Shown one piece after another: positions 35,499 through 45,251 of a stretch of DNA of 64,000 bases. Where the stretch lies: the NCBI GenBank assembly GCA_019058275.1, contig JAHLVW010000036.1:32001-96000 (forward strand), given 5' to 3'. Below the pieces are notes generated by a model that had not been told where the DNA came from, did not search any database, and worked only from the letters and a program-made list of their open reading frames with translations. The translations under genes were made by a program, and so were the position numbers. Every line of letters begins with the position of its first letter. The stretch's first letter is position 1. Source of the stretch: Candidatus Heimdallarchaeota archaeon (GTDB taxonomy: Archaea > Asgardarchaeota > Heimdallarchaeia > JABLTI01).

Positions 35499-37622
35499 AT
35501 GCAATTACTCTTCGATTACTTTTTAGAAAGACTTCCTATAGAGACTAGAGACTGTTTAATTTCAGCTACTTCTCATCAAACTGATCTCAATCCTAATACT
35601 AGATTGTTTAATGGTGTTTGTTTAGTTCTTGAGGAAGTGTTAGATGATATTAAAGAGCTAAAAAAACATCAAAATATGAAAATTAAAATTATCTCTGAAG
35701 GCTTCTTTTCAAAAACGAAAGAGAAAAGGAAGATAAGAACAAAGAGAAATCTAATTAAATCAAAAAGTCTAAATAAGGAAATTGCTTTTGAGTTAGCGTC
35801 ATTAAGCTGTTACCTCATACCAAAGATGAAAACAACAGGTGACTATTTATCTTTACTCAAAAGAATTAATCATCCATATATTGATTTGTATATTGCTTAT
35901 TTTGAGGAAGATCCAAGTAACTATCAAGCAACCAGATTGAAAGTGGAAGAAATTTCTAAGAAACTAAAAGAAAATAGGCAATTCAATAAAGAAATGAAAG
36001 CCCACCAAATTTCCATATGTTCATGGTTATATGGACAGCAAGGTGATGTTGTCATCTTAAAAGAAGTTTACAAATATGTACACAAACGTTTACCAAAAAC
36101 TGACAATATCGTTGAGATTCGTGCATTACAAGATGCTGCTTCAAATGCTATATGGTGGTTACTTCATTCAGGAGTAGAAGCTAATATAGAAGAAATGATT
36201 GACTTTATTGAACCATTTATTCAGAAATATAAGTTATATATGTCTTATACAGACTTTTTGAATCTGAAAGGAGCTGCTCTAAGTTATTTCGGAGAAAATA
36301 TTCATGCTATTCAAAGTTTTGAGAAACTTATGACTGAACATGAAAAATACAACGACGATTACAGATTGTCAATAGCAATAGGAAATCTCTCTTCATCATA
36401 TTTCGTTGAAGGCCGGATTTTGCAAGCAAAGGAAATGATGGAAAAAGCAATCAAGCTCTACAAAGAATCTACAGGTAAATGGCCATATCTCTATCTTACA
36501 GAAATAGGTAATATGTATTACTTAACAGGTGATCCTAGAGCTGAGGAGTCCTTTCTGCATGCATATGAAATCCAGAAAAAAGAAACATCCCTGTTTAAGG
36601 CTTTTATTTTATTTGAGCTGATACATTTCTATTTAAGAACTGAAGAAATAGAGAAAGCTAAGACTTATCTAAATAAGTTAAGTTCATTAGCAAAAGAGCT
36701 CCAAGCAATTTCTGTTAATGCTCAAGTAACCTACCTCCTTGGTTATTCCGAAATGCTAGATTTAAATTTCTCAAATGCAATAAAGTACATGCAAAATTCA
36801 CTAGAGTTAGGACGACAATCAAAGGATTTTGATTTAATATTGTCAAGCAATATTCTACTTGCTGCTATTTATTTACAAAGATATCGATTAAGTGGGCAAC
36901 AAGCAACATTGAATACTGCCCTCAATTATATTGATACCTCTATTCAATTAGCTGTTGAAAATCAACACAGACAGATTTTATCATTAGGCCTAATAATTCG
37001 CTCTCTATTACGTGCAAGCAAAGGTGAGTATGAGAAATCATTTGCTGACATTGAAAATGCAAAAGTAATCGTTAATGATATTGATTATGATAAATGGAAA
37101 GAGGATTTACTCAAAATCGAAGAAAAAATTCAGAACTCGCAACGCCAAGGTAAAATGGTTCTTGATCGAGAAGACGTCTTCAAATATATTCTTCCACAAT
37201 TTAAGACAATGCTGTCTTTCAAATTAGCTGAAAGAAAACCCATTGAATCAGAAGTTATAGGTTTGCTTATTATCACACAAAGCGGTGTGCCAGTTTATAC
37301 TAAATTAGGTGCTAATCTAAAAACAGACAAGATGATTCTCTCAGGTTTACTTACAGCAATTAACCATCTTTCTGAAAGCATTGGTGCTGGAAAAGATAAA
37401 GGTAGATTACAAGAAGTTCTATATGATAAATTCTGGATAACTGTTCAACCAATTAAAAATGGATTCGTAGCAGTTATAGCTTCAGAAGCAACTGCAGAAA
37501 TAAGAATGTTAGCAAATGGTATTGCAGATAGGATCAAAGAAGTTCCAATAGTAATTTCGGAATTAACCACTAATTTAGAAGATAAGATTCAAGATATCTT
37601 AGATCAGATGGTTATCAAATAA
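35499..37622 (+). CDS. TPR-repeat protein with C-terminal roadblock/longin-like domain
   Basis: Multiple TPR helices; C-terminal GLLIITQSGVPVY...ILSGLLTAINHLSESI...LQEVLY. Confidence 0.7.
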   Translation: MQLLFDYFLERLPIETRDCLISATSHQTDLNPNTRLFNGVCLVLEEVLDDIKELKKHQNMKIKIISEGFFSKTKEKRKIRTKRNLIKSKSLNKEIAFELASLSCYLIPKMKTTGDYLSLLKRINHPYIDLYIAYFEEDPSNYQATRLKVEEISKKLKENRQFNKEMKAHQISICSWLYGQQGDVVILKEVYKYVHKRLPKTDNIVEIRALQDAASNAIWWLLHSGVEANIEEMIDFIEPFIQKYKLYMSYTDFLNLKGAALSYFGENIHAIQSFEKLMTEHEKYNDDYRLSIAIGNLSSSYFVEGRILQAKEMMEKAIKLYKESTGKWPYLYLTEIGNMYYLTGDPRAEESFLHAYEIQKKETSLFKAFILFELIHFYLRTEEIEKAKTYLNKLSSLAKELQAISVNAQVTYLLGYSEMLDLNFSNAIKYMQNSLELGRQSKDFDLILSSNILLAAIYLQRYRLSGQQATLNTALNYIDTSIQLAVENQHRQILSLGLIIRSLLRASKGEYEKSFADIENAKVIVNDIDYDKWKEDLLKIEEKIQNSQRQGKMVLDREDVFKYILPQFKTMLSFKLAERKPIESEVIGLLIITQSGVPVYTKLGANLKTDKMILSGLLTAINHLSESIGAGKDKGRLQEVLYDKFWITVQPIKNGFVAVIASEATAEIRMLANGIADRIKEVPIVISELTTNLEDKIQDILDQMVIK

Positions 37623-37662
37623 CCTCTATTTTTTTAAACTATTAGTCTTTTAAGTTTAGAAC

Positions 37663-38091
37663 ATGAAGATTCGTAAAGCGACGAGTGAAGATATCTTAGA
37701 GGTACTAGAGGTTTGGAAATCATCAGGATTATCAATTCGTCCAAAAGGTCGTGATAAACCTGATAGTTTGGTTGAACAACTAACTCAACCAAATCTCTGG
37801 ATAATTGTTGCAGAAGAAGAAAGTGTAATTGTTGGTGTTGTATTAGTAACACATGATACTAGAAAAGGATGGATTAATCGTTTGGCTGTCCGATCTACAA
37901 AAATGAAACAAGGAATTGCAACAAAGTTACTGAAAGCTGCAGAAGAATCGTTATATAATATTGGGATAGAAGTGATTGCACTTCTTATTTCTGAAGATAA
38001 CTTACCTTCGCGATTGTTTTTTGAAAAAGAAAACTATCAATATCACAAGGAAATTACTTATTACTCTAAAAGAATTTCTCCAGATTCTTAA
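37663..38091 (+). CDS. GNAT acetyltransferase (YpeA-like)
   Basis: KGWINRLAV...KQGIATKLL, N.PSRLFFEK. Confidence 0.85.
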   Translation: MKIRKATSEDILEVLEVWKSSGLSIRPKGRDKPDSLVEQLTQPNLWIIVAEEESVIVGVVLVTHDTRKGWINRLAVRSTKMKQGIATKLLKAAEESLYNIGIEVIALLISEDNLPSRLFFEKENYQYHKEITYYSKRISPDS

Positions 38092-38104
38092 AAAGAAAAA
38101 GAAA

Positions 38105-38128
38105 ATTCTACCATAAAAATGGTAGAAT
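38105..38128. terminator. Perfect 10-bp hairpin between convergent genes
   Basis: ATTCTACCAT-aaaa-ATGGTAGAAT. Confidence 0.5.
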
Positions 38129-38136
38129 ATTCGCTA

Positions 38137-39300
38137 TTAATCTAATCTTGGAAGACCTTTTACTTTCTTTGGTTCTGAAGTTAGATGAACACCTTTTTCA
38201 ACCGTTACATCATCAGTATATTGAACTTCTCCTGATATCCTAGAATCTTCTTCAATATAGACTGATTCGCCATAGACATTCTTTGCTCTACTGCGTTCTT
38301 CCAAAATAATTTCTCCACCGTATAGATCTTCTACAGAAGCTTTTGTGGATATAACAATCTTTTCTGCTTGTATAGGACCGATAACTCTACCTCTTCTACC
38401 AATTTTGAAATAGGTTGCTTTGATTTTTTCAGCTTGAACTTCTCCGCCAACTGAGATTTCATCAGCACTTAGTACACCATCTAGTTTAGCAGTACCACCA
38501 ACAGATAACTTGCCTGAGAGACTCATGTTAGAATCACAAGAGAGTGTACCACCAACAGAAATAGAATCGCCTCTTCCTTCACCATTAACTTTTATTGTTC
38601 CGCCAACACTTATTTTTCCAAATTCCAAATTGCCATCTGCTTTTAGTGTACCACCAACACTTACTTGTTGAATTGCTGCATTTGATCCAAGTTTAACAGT
38701 TCCACCAACATCGATAGTTTCAATTGAAATTTCACCTTCTGATTTAAAGGAGCCACCAATCTTAACAGTACCTATTTTTCCACTTCCAACTTTGCCTGTT
38801 CCACCTACTCTTAAAGAATCCAGATCAACTTCTCCTCTAAGAGAGACTGAACCTCCAACAGAGATTGTGCCAATATTGCTTTCACCTTCAATTTTTAAGG
38901 TACCACCAACTTGAACTGTTTCGATTGCTGCGTTGCCACGGATTTTGATACTACCGCCAACTTTTACTTCATCACATTGAATGTCTTGATGAACTTCAAG
39001 GGTTCCACCAACACCAACTTCAGGTGAGACAAATGTTCCTTCAACAATTAGCCTTTTGTCGATTTTAGCATATTTTGTTAGTTTCAAATCACCTTCTACT
39101 TCAAGAGCACCACGTTTGCACCGAATACTAACAGCTTCTAAATTGCCTTCAACTACAAAACTACCTTTACTGATAATTGAACCTTTGACAACTATTGTTT
39201 TGTTTTTTGCAACAAGGGTTACATCATCACCAATCTCAAGGTTTCCTTGAACCTCAGATAACTCAACTGTTTTTCTAGGGGGTATTTTTTCTACGGACAT
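38137..39300 (-). CDS. Bactofilin-like beta-helix repeat protein
   Basis: About a dozen consecutive ~17-aa repeats containing (I/V)-x-V-G-G-(T/S), flanked by bactofilin-like VxG motifs. Confidence 0.7.
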   Translation of the reverse strand: MSVEKIPPRKTVELSEVQGNLEIGDDVTLVAKNKTIVVKGSIISKGSFVVEGNLEAVSIRCKRGALEVEGDLKLTKYAKIDKRLIVEGTFVSPEVGVGGTLEVHQDIQCDEVKVGGSIKIRGNAAIETVQVGGTLKIEGESNIGTISVGGSVSLRGEVDLDSLRVGGTGKVGSGKIGTVKIGGSFKSEGEISIETIDVGGTVKLGSNAAIQQVSVGGTLKADGNLEFGKISVGGTIKVNGEGRGDSISVGGTLSCDSNMSLSGKLSVGGTAKLDGVLSADEISVGGEVQAEKIKATYFKIGRRGRVIGPIQAEKIVISTKASVEDLYGGEIILEERSRAKNVYGESVYIEEDSRISGEVQYTDDVTVEKGVHLTSEPKKVKGLPRLD

Positions 39301-39326
39301 TTTTTTATCACCATTTTTCTTTTGTT

Positions 39327-39422
39327 TTATCTACCAGTTAATAGCATCATTTTCATTCTAGTTTTTTCATAATCTTTTTTGATTAATTCCTTCAAATTTT
39401 GTTTTGTTTTATTATTTGTCAT
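39327..39422 (-). CDS. Possible 31-aa leader ORF
   Basis: MTNNKTKQNLKELIKKDYEKTRMKMMLLTGR*, preceded by GGAG. Confidence 0.3.
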   Translation of the reverse strand: MTNNKTKQNLKELIKKDYEKTRMKMMLLTGR

Positions 39423-39512
39423 TTTTTTTCATTCTCCATAATTGTTTTCTTAATTATACTACCCCATTTTTCATTTAAAAAGCAGATTCACTTTTTAGAG
39501 ACTCAAATCGAG

Positions 39513-39527
39513 GTCACAAGTTGTGAC
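39513..39527. promoter_or_regulatory. Palindromic operator candidate between divergent genes
   Basis: GTCACAA-G-TTGTGAC perfect 7-bp inverted repeat. Confidence 0.45.
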
Positions 39528-39627
39528 TATGTTTTGCTAAAAACAACATTATTTCAAGGATATTAGTGCAACTAGAATGAAATTTTTCACCAAATCCCTT
39601 TTATTAAAATGAGTAGTGTCTTAAATC

Positions 39628-40167
39628 ATGCATGGTTTAGTTTCCCTTATAGAAGAGGAGTATTATCAAAGAGTTGAAGATATTTGGGGAAGATTAAAGA
39701 AATCGTTTAATTTAGAGGGAATTCTGATTACACCTTTTCCACATTTCTCTTGGCAAGTTGCTGAAGATTATGATTTTGATCTATTAGAACAAAAAATGGA
39801 AGAGATTTCACTAACCATAAAACCTTTTGTTTTATACACAGCTGGCTTAGGAATTTTCACAGGTGAAAAACCAGTAATTTTTATTGCAATTAATAAGAAT
39901 AATCAACTTATAGAAATTCATAAGAAAATCTGGGAAATGTTTAATGAAATAGCTTTTAATTCTCTCGAGCATTATAAATCTGAAAACTGGATTCCTCATA
40001 TCTCAATAGCTTACGAAGATGTATCAAAAAATAATATTGGGGAAGTAATGAGATATCTAGCATTTGAGAACTTCTATTGGAAAATGAAAATAGACAATTT
40101 AGCTTTCATCTTTGAACCTACAGGTGAAATTGGGAAGCTGAAATATAGGTTTAAACTTCAAGGATAA
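39628..40167 (+). CDS. 2H phosphoesterase (2'-5' RNA ligase superfamily)
   Basis: Two HxS motifs: PHFS and PHIS. Confidence 0.82.
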   Translation: MHGLVSLIEEEYYQRVEDIWGRLKKSFNLEGILITPFPHFSWQVAEDYDFDLLEQKMEEISLTIKPFVLYTAGLGIFTGEKPVIFIAINKNNQLIEIHKKIWEMFNEIAFNSLEHYKSENWIPHISIAYEDVSKNNIGEVMRYLAFENFYWKMKIDNLAFIFEPTGEIGKLKYRFKLQG

Positions 40168-40175
40168 TGTGCGTT

Positions 40176-40973
40176 CTAAAGTTGATTTAAATACTCATTA
40201 GCAATTGCAATATATTTATCATCAATTTCAAAACCAACAAAATAGCAATCAAGTTTTTTAGCAGCAATTGCTGTTGTTCCTACTCCCATAAATGGATCTA
40301 GTATTGTAAGAGGACTGTTTTTGTCTAATCCATGTAGTTTAATACACATTTCTGGCAATTGTATAGGAAACATAGCTGGATGAATTTTCTTTTGATGAAC
40401 TGTTTCATAAGGAATAAACCATTGATTACCTCTTCCACGAATATCTTGTTTGGCATGTTTCCATCGACCAATGTTGCTTTTATCTGCATATGGTACTCCA
40501 ATAGATAATTTGTCAAGTTCTACATCCCCCTTCTTTGAGAAGTGAAATAAATATTCATGTGAATTGTTCAAGAATCTGCTTGAATTTACTGGCTTATAAT
40601 GACCTATGTTAACATCCTTTTCAGGAGCTGCAATAGACTTTACCCAATGAATAGTGTTTTGCAGTTTGAATTGTTCTGTAATTTTTTGTGCAACAGTAAG
40701 AGATCGAAGCTCATCTGAGGGTTTATCACCGATATTAAAAAAGAAAGAGCCATTTTCTTTCAGAACTCTGAAACATTCCTTGCTAACTTCACCTATCCAA
40801 TCTAGATATTCATTAAACGGTTTCTTATCATTGTAGCTATTATAATCAATACCAATATTATAAGGTGGAGAGGTAACTATAACATCTATAGAATTGGATG
40901 GTAATATTTCTTTCATTCCTTGTATGCAATCCATACAAAAAATCTCGTTCTTCCACTCTTTCATCTTCGTCAT
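40176..40973 (-). CDS. Amino-DNA methyltransferase (N4-C/N6-A, beta class), orphan
   Basis: VTSPPYN catalytic motif precedes the LDPFMGVGTT SAM motif; HPAMFP. Confidence 0.9.
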   Translation of the reverse strand: MTKMKEWKNEIFCMDCIQGMKEILPSNSIDVIVTSPPYNIGIDYNSYNDKKPFNEYLDWIGEVSKECFRVLKENGSFFFNIGDKPSDELRSLTVAQKITEQFKLQNTIHWVKSIAAPEKDVNIGHYKPVNSSRFLNNSHEYLFHFSKKGDVELDKLSIGVPYADKSNIGRWKHAKQDIRGRGNQWFIPYETVHQKKIHPAMFPIQLPEMCIKLHGLDKNSPLTILDPFMGVGTTAIAAKKLDCYFVGFEIDDKYIAIANEYLNQL

Positions 40974-41206
40974 TCTATTTTAGAGATATGGTTTAAAATT
41001 TCTTTTTGTTTTTTACATGAAAAAGGATGAATTATAGCAAAAAAACAGGTAAATTCAACATAGGGTTAATTTACCCATTTAATAAGATTTATTTTGAACA
41101 AAAATGCTTCAGATATTAATCAAGATAAGATTATCTGAAAATTATTAATCTTATTAAACGAGCTAAGTGTTAAAATGATATAGAAAACGTAGGAAGGACA
41201 TGCTTA

Positions 41207-41737
41207 ATGGAAGAAATCTATCTAAACTGTGATTCCACATGTTTTAGTTGTCCAGCTTATGATAGAATGATAAAAATAAGTGATTTTAGTCAAAGAAAAC
41301 TTCCTGGATCCTATTATTGTGATCATTGTGATATCTATTCTTTATGTAAAATGGGTTTAACTTATCGTAGATTTAGGGATGGAAACCTAAAACCAGTATG
41401 CAGTAAATGTGGTCGTTTTGTAGAAAAGATTGTATTGAGTTACCAAGAAGGTCAAAACGAAAAACCATTTAGCAGCAGTAGTTTACTTATTATTAGAAGA
41501 CCTAATGGAGTAAAATATGACATCCTACAAACTGTGAAGGGTTCTTATTTCAAAGATCTAGCAGAGGTTCTACTGTATATATTATACAATTTGGGAACAG
41601 AGAAGTATGACATAATCAACTATGATACAATGACCAAGAAATATAATCAAATCTTTACTGGAGAAATTTTGCCCCAGAAAGTCGCTGTTAAAAATGATAA
41701 ACCAACTACTATATCCCCAAAAATAGCTTTTGATTGA
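41207..41737 (+). CDS. Cys-rich hypothetical protein
   Basis: CDSTCFSC, CDHC, CSKC clusters; GGAAGGA RBS. Confidence 0.55.
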   Translation: MEEIYLNCDSTCFSCPAYDRMIKISDFSQRKLPGSYYCDHCDIYSLCKMGLTYRRFRDGNLKPVCSKCGRFVEKIVLSYQEGQNEKPFSSSSLLIIRRPNGVKYDILQTVKGSYFKDLAEVLLYILYNLGTEKYDIINYDTMTKKYNQIFTGEILPQKVAVKNDKPTTISPKIAFD

Positions 41738-41765
41738 AATTCTGTATGTTATGATCTTCTATTAG

Positions 41766-41930
41766 TTATTTTTCCCACTCATGTTTACATTCTCTACATC
41801 TAAATTTCCTAAGAACTTTGAAACTAGTTGAACCACTGCTTCTACTACTGCAAGTAACAACATTGTAAGGACTTTTTTGAGCAACCATAACTAAGATATT
41901 AGATGTTGTGCATTTGGGGCAGTTCATCAT
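41766..41930 (-). CDS. Small Zn-finger protein
   Basis: MMNCPKC...FRCRECKHEW; ATG 41930 preferred over the track's TTG 41960. Confidence 0.6.
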   Translation of the reverse strand: MMNCPKCTTSNILVMVAQKSPYNVVTCSSRSSGSTSFKVLRKFRCRECKHEWEK

Positions 41931-42050
41931 AACCACTTGTGTTTTTTTACTCTCACACAAATAAAATATTTGTGATTATTATGTTAATACGATATATTGG
42001 TCAAAATACAAGATAACTATAGCTATTTTATAAAGACGAGATGAGAGAAG

Positions 42051-42461
42051 TTAATCATCAATCTCTAAACCACAATTTGAGCAATATTGTGAGTTCTCTT
42101 CTTTAGCTTCACCACAAAATTTACAGAATTTTGCGTTATTGGAAGCATTAGGAGTTGGGACTTGTGGTTTATGTGTTGGATCACTTTCGATAATATAATC
42201 AGATGTATCCAAATCTGTTGAATAATGTCTAACTTCTGCTTCTTGTGGAACTGAGGAGAATCCATATGCAACATATCTCAATGTTGAGCTGACAGCACCT
42301 ATTAGTGAGAAACCTATAATCATCCAAACCCACCATGCATTATGCCACCAACCTACAAGTAAATCTCCAATAATATAGAAGAAGAAGAAAACAAATGCAA
42401 AAGATGCCCAGGCACTAATTAAAGCATTATAACGTCGTTTTCTAAATCTTGAATCATTCAC
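42051..42461 (-). CDS. Two-TM membrane protein with C-terminal Zn ribbon
   Basis: Two hydrophobic helices, then FCKFCG...YCSNCG. Confidence 0.7.
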   Translation of the reverse strand: MNDSRFRKRRYNALISAWASFAFVFFFFYIIGDLLVGWWHNAWWVWMIIGFSLIGAVSSTLRYVAYGFSSVPQEAEVRHYSTDLDTSDYIIESDPTHKPQVPTPNASNNAKFCKFCGEAKEENSQYCSNCGLEIDD

Positions 42462-42624
42462 TTATTTTCACCATTACTGAGTATAATTATAATCTTCTAA
42501 GATTTAAACAATACCAATTACTAAACAAAATTTCTCTCTAGTTTGAACTTGTCTTATTAGATGTAAAAAGTATGATAGACAAAAATCTAAGAAATAAAGG
42601 AAAAAAATGAGAATAGCTAAAAAT

Positions 42625-43448
42625 TAGTCTCATTTTTTTAATTTTCTATAATAGAAGACAGCAATAATACTCACACTAAAAAGACAGAAAATAGTTAGTA
42701 TTATTGACAAATTATTTGTTGTTAGTGTTGTTGTTGGTGCACCTATATTTAGAATTGTAATAATCATAGTCGTCGTCAGTTTCTCTTAATTGTGAGTAAA
42801 GTGAGTCAGAAGTGTCGTTCTTATATGTGAAAAAGAGTTCAAATCTATCACCAACTGTAATTAAAGGATCATTCGCCAATTCTATGTCTGATGAATCAAA
42901 AAGCATAGATAATTCTACTGAAATATGGGAATTAGCTGTGTATTAACATCTACCAAAGATATCATTAGTTCCTCCATCATCAAAATCACATTATCCAAGA
43001 CCATCATCTTCCATATGACCATCAATGGTTACATTATTGTGCATGATAATTGATTTCACATCATGACCGCCTAAGAATCTAAATCCTTGGATCTTGTATC
43101 CATTATTTCTTCAGAGCTAACTCTAAAGATTATACCTAATTCATCATCACCAGTTGTATTATCAATTATCGTTATACAAAAATAGAGAACTTCATTAGTA
43201 CAATACATTGATTTGACAGAGATGTTCATTTCAATCGTTTGATCTAATAAATTATATAATGTAATTTCTTGAGCAATTGCACTATTCCATTCTGTGCTTC
43301 CTAAGACTCCATCAATAGTAGGTGCAGTACTTTCTATCTAATAAATTGTACCTGTCTGTGTTTTTGAATTAATTACCATTAAAGAAAGAAAACTCATTAT
43401 GCTTAACAACAAAATCGAATATAAAATCACTTTATTAATGCTATTCAA
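42625..43448 (-). pseudogene. Decayed secreted, membrane-anchored CBM9/DOMON-like protein
   Basis: Signal peptide from TTG 43448; in-frame TAG at 43338-43340; APTIDGVLGSTEW motif; further stops and frameshifts; Thr-rich linker and C-terminal TM. Track ORF 42712-42906 is a fragment of it. Confidence 0.65.
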
Positions 43449-43578
43449 AAAAATCCCCCCTTATTATTTACAAAGAAATGTTAACTTCTGATTATATTTA
43501 GTTTTCTGCCAAAAGAAATTGCAATTATTATAGAATTAAAATAAATAAAAATAAGAAGAAAAATGGGTTTTTCTTCTA

Positions 43579-44094
43579 TTAGCTTTCATTAATAACAACT
43601 GTTTTTGCTTGTTGGTCTGCAAATTGTTGGTTATTGGGATCATTATTCATAAGATAAATACCAACTAAGAAGAAGAAAAGCGTATCAATAATCGTAAAGA
43701 CTAATCTCATAAGTGTAGTTCCTACGTCTACATGTTCCATTTTTCTTATTTTGCCTGTTTCAAGATCCTCTACAATCATTATACGAATTTTCATGAACTT
43801 CTTGCCTATGGATTGTCCTTCATGTCTTGCTGACCAAAATATCAGATAGTAAATGTTAAAGATTGAACCAGCAAGGACTGATATAACACCTATAATTGTA
43901 TACATAATATAAAATGAGTCATCAGGAACTGTATTATTTATATTAACTGCCCACATAATGAGCCAAACAATTAACATAATAAAACCTCCAATACAAAGAT
44001 AGTCTTGTACTACTAGGAAATCAATCAGATAAGCCATAATCCTATCGCCTATAGATGCTAAAGGCTCTTTAATAGTAGTTTTACTTTCACTCAT
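43579..44094 (-). CDS. RDD family membrane protein
   Basis: ASIGDRIMAYLID, GQSIGKKFMKIRI, QQFAD...TVV. Confidence 0.85.
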   Translation of the reverse strand: MSESKTTIKEPLASIGDRIMAYLIDFLVVQDYLCIGGFIMLIVWLIMWAVNINNTVPDDSFYIMYTIIGVISVLAGSIFNIYYLIFWSARHEGQSIGKKFMKIRIMIVEDLETGKIRKMEHVDVGTTLMRLVFTIIDTLFFFLVGIYLMNNDPNNQQFADQQAKTVVINES

Positions 44095-44190
44095 GGAGTA
44101 TCCTCCAATATATCTAAATTAGTTTAATTTATCAGATTATAGAATTTTAGCAAGTCAAAAAACAAAGTAAAAATCCAGATATAAAGAATA

Positions 44191-44217
44191 AAAAAGCTCA
44201 AAACAAGTATTTTGAGC
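44191..44217 (-). terminator. Hairpin + T-tract after the DUF302 gene
   Basis: GCTCAAAA-caagta-TTTTGAGC then a T-run on the - strand. Confidence 0.45.
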
Positions 44218-44225
44218 ATCTAAAA

Positions 44226-44621
44226 TCAAAGCTTCTTCCATATCATTTCTACTAGTTTTCCTATTTTCTCAACAACAGGTACCATTGCTTCTGCTGAAGC
44301 TAAACCAACATCTCGAGCGATTTTCATTAATGAAGTGTGAGAATCAATTACTTTGTCTCCTTCCTCATAAACTACGAAACTACATGGAAATAGTAAACCC
44401 ACGTTATAGTGTGCTTCCAATGACATCTTTGTTAATTCTGAACCACATGCAAGAATTGTAGTGTATTTTGGTTGATCAATTATACCAAGTTTCTTCTTAA
44501 ATATTTCATCTATCGATTTAACAAGCAAAACTGAAAAGCCTTCTTCTTGAACTGTTTTATTGACGTGTTCTGCAGCTTCATCAAAACTCATTAACATATC
44601 TTTTTTTAGAACTTCAACCAT
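44226..44621 (-). CDS. DUF302 domain protein
   Basis: EEGFSVL, YTTILAC, VGLLFPCSFVVYE. Confidence 0.85.
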   Translation of the reverse strand: MVEVLKKDMLMSFDEAAEHVNKTVQEEGFSVLLVKSIDEIFKKKLGIIDQPKYTTILACGSELTKMSLEAHYNVGLLFPCSFVVYEEGDKVIDSHTSLMKIARDVGLASAEAMVPVVEKIGKLVEMIWKKL

Positions 44622-44826
44622 TTTTTATCACCTATTCAATAGGTAATCTTCCTTGTTAAAAAGCTCCATGACTTTATTTCTAAGGTATAACATGGCAGAA
44701 ATTACTAAAAAAAATAAAAAATATTGTATCCATCATTTCAGATAGATTTAATTACTTGAGAATAATTGTCACTAATAATTCTTCCATAATTTAAAGATGA
44801 TAGCAAATAAGTAGGGAAAGTAAAAA

Positions 44827-45249
44827 ATGTCTGCTGGTAGAATTGTGAGACTTTTTATTAGTCATTCATGGGATCATGATGATGATTATATTAATCTTAT
44901 TAAACTACTCCGAAAAATAGACATGTTTGAATTTTACAATTATAGCGTTCCTGAATATGATCCTCTTGTAGCTGATGGTGATAAAGAATTAATGCAGGAA
45001 CTTTGTGATCAACTGCGAGGATGTCAAGTACTAATAGTTATTGCTAGTGTGTATCCTTCCTATAGTGAATGGATACAAAAGGAAGTATTAATAGCACGTG
45101 TCTATGGTAAACCAATTCTTGGAGTTATTCCAAGAGGACAAAAACGAATTTCTACTTTTGTTAGAACATATTCTGACAAACTAGTTGGATGGAATTCTAT
45201 ATCAATTGCTAAAGCGATTATTAAATTACTAGAAGAGGATAAACGCTGA
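44827..45249 (+). CDS. TIR-like domain protein (ThsB/MTH538-like)
   Basis: RLFISHSW, NYSVP..DPL, SEWIQKE (catalytic Glu), KPILGV, VGWN. Confidence 0.85.
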   Translation: MSAGRIVRLFISHSWDHDDDYINLIKLLRKIDMFEFYNYSVPEYDPLVADGDKELMQELCDQLRGCQVLIVIASVYPSYSEWIQKEVLIARVYGKPILGVIPRGQKRISTFVRTYSDKLVGWNSISIAKAIIKLLEEDKR

Positions 45250-45251
45250 TT

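Noticed and set aside
38400-39020. CRISPR-like periodic repeats (ccaccaac every ~51 nt)
   Set aside because: These are the codons of the VGG protein repeat inside an ORF; no constant repeat-spacer structure and no cas genes
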